64,000 nt of DNA, taken from the NCBI GenBank assembly GCA_017654855.1, contig CM030337.1, positions 620,001-684,000 on the forward strand, read 5' to 3'. The notes beneath the pieces are model-generated. The model did no database searches and was not told where the DNA came from. It was given only the letters and a program-made list of their open reading frames with translations. A program made the position numbers and the translations under genes. Shown here piece by piece: positions 38,575-51,477 of this stretch; the stretch's first letter is position 1; each line of letters opens with the position of its first letter. Source of the stretch: Podospora anserina. Taxonomy: Eukaryota.

Positions 38575-39067
38575 GCCTTTTACATCATCTCATCACCACA
38601 ACCACACAGCACAATGAATGAGTTGTCTGTCGTAAAAGGGAGGCATCGTATATACCATGTTCACAAGTCATATACAAAAGAAACATATTCACGGAAGCTT
38701 CAGTTTTAAAGCAAAAATTTCAACCACCCCTCTCAAGTGCCCCTCCTTTCTTTTCTTTCTCTCCCATCTCTCAGGCGGGTATGTTAACAGTACAGGGCTT
38801 CTCTCTTTCTCATCACACATCTCTCTAACCTCACCCCCCTCACTCCAATGTATACTCTTCCCCAGCCTCCCCAGCTTGATTCGTAGGTCAGTGAACAAGG
38901 TAGGAAAGTGGGTTTTAAGTCTAGTGGTCACTATATGCACAAAAAGGGTACCAATGCCGCAAGTCTACCAAACGGCAAACACCGAAGGACTGTTATACAG
39001 ATTCTCTTTTCCAGTTCCGTTTTTGTGATCCCCGGATGTCAAATTTCTGCAACACCGCCGTTCCCGT

Positions 39068-40643
39068 TTATACCTGAAGGCCGAGGTCCTCAGCGAAAGG
39101 GAGCACGTGGAGGTCACCAACCGACGCCACCGAAGCCTTGCCCTCGAGGAGAGCCTTGGCAGCCTGTGAAAAGAGTTAGCAATACATCCAAAACCAGATT
39201 TATGAGAGGAAAACCTACAGCCTTGAGCTTGTCACCGGTAACAGACTCGAAAGCCTTGAGAGTCTCGGCAACCTTGAGGGGAGAGCCGCCGTGGATCAGG
39301 TTGGCACCGGCGTGGACGATGCCAACACCGCCAACCTCGCTGCCGGAAAGGAGAGTGAACTTGGCCTTGGCAATAGCCTTGACCAAAACCTCCTGGGAGA
39401 CACCGCTCTCAGCAACGCCCTTGAGCGCCTTGACGGCAGCCTCGGCAGTCTTCTTGACGGCCGCGGACTGGCCGTTGATCTGGATGGCGAGGAGACCAGC
39501 ATCAGAGTAGGCGTAGTTGGTGGCCTTGGCCTGGGCACCGGGGGCGGCAGCCTGGGACAGGAGGGAGAAGCCGGGAGACCACTTGATGGTGGACTCGCCG
39601 CCGAGGAGACCGGCAAGGACGGCAGTCTCGGGGCTGCTGGCACCGAGGGAGGCACCGGGGAAAGCGATAACAACCGAGTTCTGGCCGACGGCGGAGATGC
39701 GCTGCTCACCACCGTGGTACTTGGAGGCGACGTTGTTGAGGGAGCCGGAGCCCTGGGCCGAGACGGTCTTGAAGAAGGGCTCGATCCACTTCTGGAGGCC
39801 GTGCTCGCTGGCACCGTCGGAGACAACGGCGATGTTGGACTTGGAGTAGGCAGCGGCGGCAAAGTCGGCAACGGCCTGCTCGTTCAGGTAGGAGTCGATG
39901 GGTGTGCTTGGGGTGGGATAGAGAGGGGCACCGAGGCCAGAGTGGAAAGCGACGGCGTGGGCGGCATCGAGGGCAACGGCGGAGGCGTCCACCTTGGCCT
40001 GCTTCTGGTGAATGATATCCTTGACCTCCTCGTGGAACTCGTGAGCTGTTCAACCGTGTCAACAAAGCTGTTCCCTAGTCCAACCAAAAAGTCTATATTA
40101 TAACGCACTGGTGTACCGCGTCTGCGAGACCACCTCGGCAAGGAGCTCGGTGAAGTAGGGGAGGTCCTCGCGGAGGAAGCTGGCTTGCAGCACAAGGGCC
40201 TCGCGGGTGTGGTAAGCAGTCAATTGACCGCCGAGGAGCTCGGCCTCACGGGTGATGCGGAGAGCAGAGCGCTTGTTGGTGTTCTGGAGGCCCAATACAA
40301 ATTAGCTCATCGATGTCCCTGCCTTGCTGAATCGCGCCCCATGGCCACCACCACACCACTTGTCTCGTCAAAAAAACCAAAAAAAAAGGGGCCAACCTGC
40401 CTTGTAGGCAAACTCCTCCAGTCCAACCGTCAGTCCGGGGAGGGGCTCGTATCGGGTGCCGGCCTTTGCGACGACGGCGAGGCGGGTGGTCGGGCCATTG
40501 TCGTCTCGGGAAGCAACCTTGACGCCGGCGATGGTAGTGGGCTCGTACGAGGCCTTGGGTGAGGCAGCAGCAGCGAAACCGCGGGCTCCCTGGCGCCCGA
40601 GGGCCAGCTTGCTGCCTCTCGACAGAGCCGATCTGCAGATCAT
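39068..40643 (-). CDS. QCR2: Ubiquinol-cytochrome c reductase core protein 2; exons 40643-40401, 40283-40109, 40045-39219, 39163-39068
   Basis: Mitochondrial presequence; KAGTRYE..GLEEFAYK|NTNKRSALRITREAELLGG; VLAGLLGGESTIKWS; YSDAGL; C-terminal VGDLHVLPFAEDLGL. Intron 1 is GC-AG. Confidence 0.95.
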
Positions 40644-41430
40644 GGTTGGGAGGGAGGGGTTGTCGTCAATTGACACTGATAGAGGTTCGCCGCAGCTTCG
40701 TGAAGGGAGCTGTGATACCAACAGCTAGTTCCGAAAATTCCCTGGGCGTCTCCCGGTATGACGGAAAAATTGGCTGTGCCGAGACCGTGGCACCCGGTCG
40801 CTGTGTACTTTTGGGGCGTAAACCCACAGTGCAGCCTTCCCTGAGGGGTCCGTTTGGGCCTGCGATGTTGACGTCGTGGGGTTTGGATGATATAAAATTA
40901 AACGTTGCCCCGAGGGTGGAAAACGCTTGAAAAAGGTATTACTGGGAATTTTCGATATTCAGATCTCTATTCTACTGCTCTGTTCATCTGTCCACCCCCT
41001 CTGGCCGTCACAAGCCAATATTTGCATTCATTACACCATTTCTCGAACCCAGTCCCTTTAGCAGCCTCTGCACCTGAGCTCAGCGTTGTAAGCAAGGAAG
41101 CGCAGGCTGTGATTGGTTCGTTTCAGAATCTGGAGCTGCCCCGCGAAGGCCGCGCCAAATTTGCCGTTCGGTCGTGACTCTGCGACTGCGGCTGGCAGCT
41201 GCTCAAAAATTGTCATTGAACTTTCTCCATCAAGCCCGAGTCCCCCACCACCCAAGCCATTTTCCCTTCCACGCTGCACCTTGTTCGAGGTCGAGGGCCT
41301 TCAATGACTTTCCGGTAGTATCTGTGACCAGCTCTAGAGATAGTGAGAGGATCTCTAGAAGCCATTACAAACTAATCACCTACATTTCATCCTGATATAT
41401 ACGATACATCGCGCGCACCATCCCGCCATC

Positions 41431-43548
41431 ATGTTGGTGGTGAGTACAGCCCCGCGATGTCATTCAAACCTCAAAGCGACGACCTCCATGAACTAACAAT
41501 TTCATTGTCAGACCGCGCCTCTCGCAGAGTTTTGCACTCTGACCATCGACGAGATCTATGGCGAGCTGCCCTCGAGGATCTACGCATCGCTTCTCATGCG
41601 AGGCAGAAGCACGATCCAACAGCTCGCTGGTGACACCGGCATGAACGCGCGCCAGCTCCGTCACGGTCTCGCCCTGCTTTTGCAGCATAATTTGCTGCAC
41701 TACCATCTCGATGCCGGGTCACCCCACTATTTCTACGAGGCCAATGTTGAACATGCCTACAACCTCGCGCGTACGGGGAAAATCCTTCAGATGGTCGAGG
41801 AGACCCATGGAGCGGCTGCCAAGGATGTGATGCAAACCATCATTCTGACCGGCTTAACACGAGTCGGCGATCTTGTGGATGCGTACCAGAATCGAATCGA
41901 CAGGATGAACAGAATCAAGGAGAAGCTCAAGGCAGAGGAGGATCCATTCGGCAATGGCGTAGAGTCGCATGAAGTCAACGGCGAACCCAAGCCCAAGCCA
42001 ACCCCCCAATCCAGCAAATCGGACCCCTTGATCAGCAGCATCGCCGACCTGAACAAGATCATCTACAAGCTGGTTGAGGCCGAGCTACTTATTGGGGTTC
42101 ACAAGACAAGCTTCGAGAGTCCCGAAGACCTGTTGGCGACCATCGAGTCCGACATCCAAAAGACATACCCTGGCGGCGAAGTCAAAGGAAACAAGGCCAA
42201 AGCCGAGTACAAGGACAAGGTGGCTGAGGCGTTGCGCAAAAACCGAAGTGAATCGAGATCCCTGAAGCGGAAACTGGAGCAGAATGGCTTGTCTGCAAAG
42301 CGACGCAAGCTGTTCGACGGTGCCGCTTCGGCCAATGGTACGCCTGATGGAGAGATGGACCTTGGTATCGATGTGGGTGACCGTCGTGGTTAGGTTGGTG
42401 ACCAAGGAGTGTTGCTGACTTTGTTTTAGCCACAACAAGTGATGTGTATCAACTACGAAAAGTGCCTTGTGGAGCTACGGAATCGTCGCCTCATGCACTA
42501 TGCTGAGGAGGCCTTTGGACAGACGACTTCTTGGGTGTATGCCTCGCTTTTGAACCTTCTTAGCAAGGACATCTCTCGCTGCCGCGACGACCCAATCACC
42601 GATCATTATGAGAAGGATGAAGAGAAACCTGCGCCTGTTGTGGTCACGACATCACAGCTTCTGGACGTTCTGAAAACCAGCCTTGATCTTTCTGTGGGGC
42701 TCGGCCAAGTGGATGCCGACAAGATCTCGGTCACAGCCGCCGAGAAGATTGCAGAACTGCCGCCGAGGAAGAAGTTCTTCATTGACGTCCAAGCCGAAGC
42801 TGACGCCAATGCTAGCTCCGATGATGATGATGAAGGGGAGGATGTCAAGCCCGCGACAAATGGTGTTAACGGGGTGAATGGGACCCATGTGACGAACGGC
42901 GTCAATGGGACGGCCAAACGGGTGGACCGCCGAACTCAGCTCCGGCAACACTTGTTGCTTCTATCAGAAAGCACGCAGGGCTTTTTGCGGCATTGTGGAG
43001 CGGAAGAATGGACGGTCGACTTTGTACCGTTGATGGCAGCCTTGCGACAGGCCGAAATCGATGCGACCATTGAGAATACGGTAGGCCGCGAGGGTGTTCG
43101 ACTAGTGCGTATGCTGCGGGCCAAGGGCAAGCTGGACGAGAAGGCGATTATGAGCGTAGCTCTCATGCGAAAAGCCGACATGTCGAAAAAGCTGGCAGAG
43201 ATGCACAAGTACGGTTTCGTTCAGACGCAAGAAGTGCCCAGGGAGGCCAAGGCAGACGTGAAGAAGTCATTCTTCCTCTGGTATTTCGACGGCACCATGG
43301 CGCTTGAGCGAATTCTCGACGTTTCGTACAAGACGATGATCCACTCCCTCCAAGTGCTCGATACGCTTCGGGAGAAGGACCAGCACGTCTTGTCCCTGAT
43401 CAAGCGAAGCGACGTCAAGGGTCAAGAGGACGACAAATTGCGCAAGATCCATAAGGAGAAGCTCACTCAGTTTTTGAAGCTCGAGCGGATGTTACTTGGT
43501 CAGATTCAGCGTGTGGACGACCTGGTCGCCGTGCTGCGGGACTACTAA
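41431..43548 (+). CDS. RPC82: RNA polymerase III subunit C82/RPC3; exons 41431-41439, 41512-42372, 42430-43548
   Basis: MLV|TAPLAEFCTLTIDEIYGELPSRI..GRST..LRHGLALLLQHNL; RLVRMLRAKGKLDEK; QTQEVPR...FFLWY. 9-nt first coding exon. Confidence 0.88.
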
Positions 43549-44128
43549 TCGGGGGATGGAAGAACAACACATATCATTCGATGGAGCTTTGTGCGATACC
43601 AGGTTCTAACTCATTTACATGGGCGGCGTAAGGGGTAAAATTCCTGGAAAGGATACTGGCATTGGCAGGACAAGTCTTTTTACACACAGCCAATTATAGA
43701 GCTGCGAGTCTTGTTATGATAGACATAATAAAAACATTTGTATATATACTTGACTTGAAGACAAGTGAAGTGGGAATTGCTGATAAGATAACGATAAGAT
43801 GGGACAAGACGAGTCCGGGCACCGCTGTCGGAGCTAACGCAAGGCACATGGGTCGATGCGCCAGGGACTCGCGAGTCGCTGGGGACCAGAGCCGGGACCC
43901 GCCAGAAATTTTTCAAGAAGCGGGACGAAAACCTATCGGAGCGCCGTCATCGCGGATACACTTCGGAGAGCTGCTTCTTTTTCTTCCCTCTAGTAGTTCG
44001 TTGTCAATAGATCTCCGGCCGGTTGTCTGCTTTTTCTTCTGCCATTGCTGCCGTTGCTTGCTTCTTTCTACAGCAGTTATACAATAATTTCTATACCCCT
44101 CCATCCACCACCCCACACCTAAATCAAC

Positions 44129-45341
44129 ATGTCTCCCATTGCGGCTGGTGGCAGAGAGAAGGAGTCCAACCTGGCGAGGTTGTTGGGTTCCGGTATGTTT
44201 GACTGCAAGAGAGAGGTTATGGGAGTAGTAAACTGATCAATTGATTTGTAAATTAGGATCTGCCGGTATTGCCGAGTTGGCTATCTTCCATCCTGTGCGT
44301 TTATTATTGAGTTGGCGATTCTCGAGGATTGACGGTGGGGTTATTGAGGGTGGTGGGCTAACGAGAGGGATCATTATACGAATTAGGTTGACACAATCGC
44401 GAAGAGATTGATGTCCAACGAGGGCAAGGTACTTTTTCCGTCATTCTTACCCATCGCGTTGAGAATGATTGCTGACCCCAAAGAAAAGGTCTCGTCCGTC
44501 GCCAAGCTCAACACCGTCATCTTCAAGGACAAGGCCAACGCCTCCGCCGGCCGCAAGTTCGTCTCCCTTTTCCCTGGGCTGGGGTATGCTGCTGGGTACA
44601 AGGTTCTTCAGCGTGTGTACAAGTACGGTGGTCAGCCCGTGGCGAGGGATTACCTTGGTGTGCATTATGGCAAGGATTTCGAGAACGCGTTTGGCAAGAA
44701 GACTGGCAAGGCGATTATGCACTCGACTGCTGGTAGCTTGATTGGTATTGGCGAGATTGTGCTCTTGCCGTTGGATGTGCTCAAGATCAAGAGGCAGACC
44801 AACCCTGAGGCGTTCAGGGGGAGGGGTGTGCTCAAGATTGTGAAGGATGAGGGTTTTGGGCTTTACAGAGGGTGGGGGTGGACTGCTGCGAGAAACGCCC
44901 CTGGGTCGTTTGCTGTAAGCATTCTGTTCTCTTTTCCCCCTCCTGATGGAACATGACTAACGAGATGTCACATAGCTCTTTGGTGGTTCCGCCTTTGCGA
45001 AGGAATTTCTCTTTGGCCTCAACGACTACAACAAGGCATCGTGGTTCCAGAACTTCATCGCCTCCATCGCCGGCGCTTCTGCGTCTCTTGTCGTTTCGGC
45101 CCCCCTCGATGTCATCAAGACCCGCATCCAGAACCGCAACTTTGACAACCCCGAGTCTGGCTTCCGCATCCTGACCAACATGGCCAAGAACGAGGGCGCC
45201 GGCGCCTTCTTCAAGGGTCTCGTGCCCAAGCTGCTCATGACCGGTCCCAAGCTGGTGTTTTCGTTCTGGCTTGCGCAGACGTTGATCCCTGCTTTTGATG
45301 CGGCTTTTGCGGGGAGGAAGGTCGAGGTTGAGAGGAAGTAG
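44129..45341 (+). CDS. GGC1: Mitochondrial GTP/GDP carrier; exons 44129-44192, 44257-44294, 44387-44428, 44489-44914, 44976-45341
   Basis: ARLLGSGSAGIAELAIFHPVDTIAKRLMSN, SLFPGLGYAAGYKVLQRVYKYGGQP, IGEIVLLPLDVLKIKRQTN and RNAPGSFALFGG are typical of Ggc1/Yhm1. Confidence 0.94.
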
Positions 45342-45806
45342 GGAGATGGAATAATGGGAAAGGGAAAGATAGAAAGAGGGCGGGGGGAACCATATGAGTG
45401 TATGATATGAATGGGAAGATATCAATGGCGGATCTTTTGGCAGGCGTTGATACACACGGAGGAAAAGGGGAGTGGAAAAATGGAAAAGGCAAAGCAAGCG
45501 AGCAAAAAAAGGGTAGATAGACACACCGGGGATTTTTTTTTTTGCTTTTTTTGGCTGGGCTTTTTATATAACTCCTCTTTGATCAAAAAAAGATGAAAAT
45601 AACTCTCCGTATAATCATCGTGGGATATTGACAAAGGTCTCAAATTTCACATGCCGTTGAACCAATTGCACAAGATGGTAACTAAGATACTTTCAAATAA
45701 CATAAACTTCCTACGGGGGGTATCTATTTCCTCTCAGCAAAGCAACTCACCCCCCCACGCTTATGAATACCTCTCTCTCTTCCTCTCCAAAATCCAAAAT
45801 TGGGTC

Positions 45807-48800
45807 TCATTCCCAAACACTCCCTCCCAACCCCATCTCCAACCTCCTCATCTCCTCCTCCTCCTCCTGCATCCTTCTTCCTTCTTCTTCGTGCCTCTGT
45901 TCCCTTGCCATATCCCTCACCGCAGAATCAACATCCCACAACCCCCCTCCCACACCAAGGAAATCATCCAGATTCTGCAACACATCATTCACCACATCCT
46001 GTGACTCCCCTTCCACTACCTCCTCCTCATCTTCAATGACTATCCCAAGCTGGGAATCAAGCTGTGGCTGCAGCAACACCTCCTCCTCCTCCTCCCCCCC
46101 TTCAACCCCAGCAGTTCTCCCCGAGTTGTTGTGTGAGTCCGCAAAAAAAACAAACTTCTCCGCCATGGCCTCCACCCCCGGACTGTCACACCCCTGCTGG
46201 CTCTCACTCGGCAACAACCTCTTCTGTGTGTCTCGAAGTTTAGCCACCGGGTTGGCAAAGGTCGTGTGGCCGAGGCGTTTGGTAGCCACCTTTGCAAAGT
46301 GCTTGGAAAATTTCTCCGTTTCCGCTATCGGGAGGTCAGATGACAAAATTGATGGTGGTGGGGAGGAGGGTCGCGTTTTGGGGTGGGGGGAAGAGACTAT
46401 TGGGGTGATGGGTGTGCCGGAGGGAGTGGTGGAGGGGTATTCAGCTGAGAAGTAGGGGGATGATGCTAGGTCTAATGCAGGGGGAGTTTCGCCCGGTAAA
46501 GGCGCAAAGGTGACGCGTTTCGTTTTTCGTGACATCGACGGGGTGGTGGTGGTTGACAGTGTTTGTCGGAGCAAGGACTTGGGTTTTATTGTATTAGGTG
46601 TCGGTCTCCGGCTGCTAGACAGCAGACCTGGAGACCAGGGGTTGGCGGTGGCGGCTTGGAAAAGGAGTTGGGTGCTGCTTATAGGACCTGTGTTGTTCCT
46701 CGCTGAGGACATCCCGGATATCTTCCTTCTTTTGGCTGGTTGAGGGGAAGGGGTCATGAAATCCCTGAAGGACTTGGTAGAGAGGCCAAAACTGTTGGTA
46801 TTCCCAGGGGTTCGCTGGGCGGGTTTGTTGGATTCGGGGGTTGATAGCTGGGCTATTGACGCTTGGGAGTTGTTGGTATCTGAAGGAAAAATTTGAGGTG
46901 GTGGTGTCTCGGGTCTTTGTAGGACGGCGCTGTTGGCAGGAGAAGAGAATGGAACAAAAGAGCGGATTTCGGGAGCTGGTGGAATTATCACCTGGAGTTG
47001 AGAATCGCCTCTCGCCCAAGGACTTTGAGATACTGGTAGTTGACAAGAATCCGGAACTGTGAGGGCAACAATTCTGCCGGGAACTGGCGTCTCAATATTG
47101 ATAGCCAGTGGTAGTGATACTGTATCAGTTGCCCAGGGGCTTTGCTCAACCGATACCGGAGAAGAAGACCGATGTGATGAGATGGAAGCAGGCTCCCTTT
47201 CATGAGCAGTCTCCGTCACTTCCTGTTTGGCCACCGTTTCGGTGTCAATTTCCATTTCTTCTACCTCACTCGCAGCATCAATCCCGGGCGCCTCTTTTGC
47301 AACTGTAGCTGGTGAATTTGGTTCGTCTCTGGCTTTCCCCGAGGTTTCCTTAGCGTGATCCAGTGCCATTTCTGGGGTTGCAATGCCAGATGAAGGTGAC
47401 GATGCAGTTTCGTCAGATAGGCTAGAACAAGGCGCTGCGTGGATTGGCTCTTCCTGAACGGTGACAGCCTCAGCGCCCAACGTTATAGCAACGCTGTCTG
47501 TAGCTCCGCTCGATTCTGCACCTGGGTCCAAAACCCTTCGGATGGCGTTGAGTCCCTGTGAAGCCCGATGGGCAATTTCTGCCATCAGGCCGTTGACTGC
47601 GGGGACCAAGGAGCCAGGGGAAGTGATGGTCCTTGGTTCGGGTATGGGATCTGGCGCTGGTGCAGAGACTACTTCCGATTCTAGCGCTGGCTTCGGCTGT
47701 GGTGCTGGTGTCGGTGCCAACACCGCCGGTTCAGAAACTTGGGGTTCTGGTACTCCTGGCTCTGGAATCTTAGGTTCAAAGACTTCTGGATCAAGTAACG
47801 CCGACACCAACATTATTGGTTGTTTAGGCGGTTGTGGTGCATATTCTTCTGGTTCAGGCTTCAACGCCATGTTCAGAACTGTAACCTCCTCAGTCTCGCT
47901 AGCCTCCGCTGTCTCTTCATCTTCTTCATTTTCTTCAGGGCCACTCTTGACCACATCATCATCATTTGTATCGTCTGCCAACATACCAGCATTGGCCGTC
48001 ACCGACATCTCTGCAACATGTTGTTCCGCCGCTGCAGCCTGCTCAAATTCAGGCACCTTAGGCTCCTTCGCCCTAAGGAGCGTTGGCGCGGGTGCTGAGT
48101 CAAGGGGTACAGTTAACTGTGAACTCTGGTTCGTGGCGTTAGTGCCAGGTTTGGGCCACAACAGCCGTTTGGGAAAACCAAGACTGGCCGCGATATCCTG
48201 TGGCACCGACGCATTCTCCTTCTCACACGTAACATTGCCCATGCCGACATCCTCGCGGTCTTCCTCGGCAAAAGATAGAGGGACCAGGGTAACACCGTCG
48301 ATTTGCGAAGCCCTACTAGGAGGACTGTCCGCTGCGCATTGCTTTGAGCGTTCGACATGGGTCTCAAGTTGAACTTCTTGAGTGACGATTCGAGGCTCAG
48401 GCTCTGGCAGGTTAACCACTCCGTCATTGTTAGAAGAAGTTGGTGATGTAGGCTCCGACGGATTTTGGTCCTCCCGTGGAATGTCAACTGTTCCAGGTTC
48501 CACCGTTCGAATCTCCGATGATGCGTGGTTTGGTTGATTTCGCTTTTCACTCGAGTCATCATTGCTCGGTAAGACGCTGGAAAGTCTACTGCGCTTGCGA
48601 AGCGGTGGATCTCGTTGCTTCTGGCGCGTCTTGCGAAACCGAAAGCTGCCATCTGTTTGAGTGCTGCCTGGCAGTCTTTCAGTTGTTGTTGTCACTGCTG
48701 AACCAACATCGGCGGGTGTCCTGGTTGTGGAAGGCTCCTCGAGGGGCGGTTGGACAAGTAATGTTGGAGCTGGCGTACAGTTTTTGAGAGAGCTCCCTTG

Positions 48801-49643
48801 GAGCGGCTGCCTGAACGGAGAAGCTTTGCTTGATTCCCGAGATAAGTAAGTCTCCTCGAATAGTCTGATGGCGTGTGGCGAAAGATCAATGACCGGTAAA
48901 AGCATTGCCTGCCCTGCCCCTGGTGTGTGAAGCTCTGGTTGCGGTGGCAACTCCTCCTCTCGGACACTCGAATCCTTCAACCCAACGGTCTTCTTTTGGC
49001 GTATAGGCGTGACAATCAAGGGGGACTCGGGCGGAGGCGACAGCTCACTGGATGCGTCATCGTTAAGGCTCTCCGGCGTGGGCACTTTCGAGGGCGTGCT
49101 GACGGGCTCGGTTTGAGACGGATAATAATTGGTAGGTGTCGCATTGACAGGTATCTCGGCAAGAACCCGATCTCTCCAGTCCTGCACCCTAATAAGGCTT
49201 TCATCGTCGGCATCTTGCGTTGGCGCATCGTCAAGCTGTACAATGTTGCTTCGGGCGCTCGACAATTCAGAGGACTCGTAACGGACAGGCGGCGGTTGAG
49301 GTTTAGTCGCAGGTTTCTTCGCAGTGGTTGGGCGCTTCCTCTTTGAAGATTTGCGCACGACTGATTTTGAGCGCCAGGGGTTGGTCCATCCAGAAGCCTT
49401 CGTGAAGGGGCCAGAAAGTGAGGCTGAGATCAAGTGAAGGCGCTTCCCTTGGAGATAGCGGCGTCCTTGTGCCTCTATTCGTTGCCGTCGTTCGGCCGGG
49501 CTTTCGTACTCGTCGTCGTCGGAGCCAATGTACAACACATCTTCGGGCTCGTGGGTGGCTTCGCAATAGACGTCCTGATCGCCAAAGTGGTCGGGCTGGA
49601 GAAACCTACACTCCTGGTTGCCCTGTACCCAACCATTGGTCAT
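45807..49643 (-). CDS. Large, mostly disordered S/P/E/T-rich protein (1278 aa), function unknown
   Basis: Single long ORF with a conserved-looking N-terminal motif (RYLQGKRLHLISASLSGPF...GWTNPW), basic NLS-like patches and an acidic C-terminal helix (NDVLQNLDDFLG..WDVD). Confidence 0.85.
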   Translation of the reverse strand: MTNGWVQGNQECRFLQPDHFGDQDVYCEATHEPEDVLYIGSDDDEYESPAERRQRIEAQGRRYLQGKRLHLISASLSGPFTKASGWTNPWRSKSVVRKSSKRKRPTTAKKPATKPQPPPVRYESSELSSARSNIVQLDDAPTQDADDESLIRVQDWRDRVLAEIPVNATPTNYYPSQTEPVSTPSKVPTPESLNDDASSELSPPPESPLIVTPIRQKKTVGLKDSSVREEELPPQPELHTPGAGQAMLLPVIDLSPHAIRLFEETYLSRESSKASPFRQPLQGSSLKNCTPAPTLLVQPPLEEPSTTRTPADVGSAVTTTTERLPGSTQTDGSFRFRKTRQKQRDPPLRKRSRLSSVLPSNDDSSEKRNQPNHASSEIRTVEPGTVDIPREDQNPSEPTSPTSSNNDGVVNLPEPEPRIVTQEVQLETHVERSKQCAADSPPSRASQIDGVTLVPLSFAEEDREDVGMGNVTCEKENASVPQDIAASLGFPKRLLWPKPGTNATNQSSQLTVPLDSAPAPTLLRAKEPKVPEFEQAAAAEQHVAEMSVTANAGMLADDTNDDDVVKSGPEENEEDEETAEASETEEVTVLNMALKPEPEEYAPQPPKQPIMLVSALLDPEVFEPKIPEPGVPEPQVSEPAVLAPTPAPQPKPALESEVVSAPAPDPIPEPRTITSPGSLVPAVNGLMAEIAHRASQGLNAIRRVLDPGAESSGATDSVAITLGAEAVTVQEEPIHAAPCSSLSDETASSPSSGIATPEMALDHAKETSGKARDEPNSPATVAKEAPGIDAASEVEEMEIDTETVAKQEVTETAHEREPASISSHRSSSPVSVEQSPWATDTVSLPLAINIETPVPGRIVALTVPDSCQLPVSQSPWARGDSQLQVIIPPAPEIRSFVPFSSPANSAVLQRPETPPPQIFPSDTNNSQASIAQLSTPESNKPAQRTPGNTNSFGLSTKSFRDFMTPSPQPAKRRKISGMSSARNNTGPISSTQLLFQAATANPWSPGLLSSSRRPTPNTIKPKSLLRQTLSTTTTPSMSRKTKRVTFAPLPGETPPALDLASSPYFSAEYPSTTPSGTPITPIVSSPHPKTRPSSPPPSILSSDLPIAETEKFSKHFAKVATKRLGHTTFANPVAKLRDTQKRLLPSESQQGCDSPGVEAMAEKFVFFADSHNNSGRTAGVEGGEEEEEVLLQPQLDSQLGIVIEDEEEVVEGESQDVVNDVLQNLDDFLGVGGGLWDVDSAVRDMAREQRHEEEGRRMQEEEEEMRRLEMGLGGSVWE

Positions 49644-51266
49644 TTTGGGTGGCGCCGGGTAATGATGATCTTGCGATGCAACATGGGTGAGGTTTAGGTT
49701 GAGATTATACGTGCCGATGTCGCTGGGGAGGGGGGTCGGGGTGCAATTCGTGGCGGGTTAGGGTGTTAGGAATTGAAGCTGTTGTTGACAATGGCGCTGT
49801 TGCCAGGGCCCCAAAATAGGCCCCCAAAATCGGGGGAGTGGGGGACGTGCGTTACAAACGCGTCTGCATTAATTAGACGCGGTTGCGAAGTCACATGATT
49901 ATAACCTCCCCTTAACTGGTTGGCTGTCATTGGCCAGAAGCTCTCCACTCCAGACGACCTTGCATGAGCCAGCAAAGACAAAGGCATCCATCAATGGGCT
50001 ACCAAGACATCTTGTCTATTTGCGATACCTTGTAAGCAATCCAATCATTGAATTATTTGTTGAACCATACATTCTCAACATATCACAAAGCCGTCGGCCG
50101 CTCCCTCATTCATGTGGGCTTAGACAACTGGGTGTCAATTCTTATCGATGCCTCGATTCAGTCCTTGTTCCCTACATCCCATTGATCTTGCTGGTCTTGC
50201 CATGCTTAATCAACAGTCCCAAACTTCACGACCGTAAAGAGCTGGCTACAGTGTCGCCACTGCTCTGCTGGTGCTTCCTTAATATAGCTTAGAGCTCTGA
50301 GTTGGAAGTGTGCCTGTCATCATTTTGGATCCGATTCTTTCTAGCGTCCTGTACAGGATATTGAATTGTCAAATTCATATACGCAGGCTTTGCCCGTGTC
50401 TTTCTCCTGTCCTGTATGATAGAAAGCCTTGGTGGAATGCCAGATCTTGTAGATGTGTCCCAGTCACCATTCCGTCGATGCATGCACATCCTGACAGTGG
50501 GCATGTCTCGTTCTAACAACTAAGCCCAGTTCGAGGCGACGTGGAATGCCCATTGATGGGATATACCACGACAAACCATGTGTTGCACTTGGCTTTGCGT
50601 AAAGATGTACGGCCAACAGGCTATCTGTCATACAGGCTCTTTATGGTTCACGTTTATTATCTATCAACTCCAATTCCAAAAGCAAGAGTAGGCGATAGTG
50701 TTGGTTTATCCTGGCCCGACTTACGATAGGCTTTTGCTTGGAAGTGGACATAGAGCTGTCTCATTCCTGCGATCTAAAGGTACCTTGCGTATCTTCCCCG
50801 ATGGCTTTCAAAGTTTAGGCTGATCATGAGATAGAACGGCTCAAAGGCCTCGCCGATAAGGGGCAGATATTCACTTGACTTGCCGTTTCCGAGACGGTGG
50901 TTGGTCAGAACCGTGCTGATACCGTGCTTGAGGGGGTGAAGGCACTGTCTACGGTGTTGTGATCTGTACCCACAATATCCTGCCCCAGACTTGGCTCCTC
51001 TGACAGATTGTCACCCTTAAAATAATCTACACTTGATCTTGGACTCTTCCCTTGGCTCTCATCTTACTACCATCATCGTTAGGTCGTTGGATTCCTGCTT
51101 GGCTTCCGAAGTTTGGGATACACCATACATTCTACACCACAACAAGCAAATCAGCTGTTTGCTGACCTTAAATCGCTTTACATTGCAACATCAAATCAGA
51201 ACCTGCACACACAGACATCGATAGAGAGTCGCGCAAGAGAAATACTTGGAGACAGACTCCTGGAAC

Positions 51267-51326
51267 CAGACACCAAAGACAGACACCAAAGACAGACACC
51301 AAAGACAGACACCAAAGACAGACACC
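51267..51326. repeat. 13-bp minisatellite (CAGACACCAAAGA)x4.6
   Basis: Four perfect copies plus a partial; degenerate copies nearby at ~51253 and ~51345. Confidence 0.95.
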
Positions 51327-51477
51327 GAGGGACATACCCCTGGACAGACACCAGGACCTTGACGCCTAGCCCCCTATCAGCTTATCATCGACGACCAAGC
51401 ATCATCAACAGCCGACTAATCAGCATCAATAGCCAGTATCAGGACCGCACTACCGCGCTGAGAAGTCCCATCTGAGG

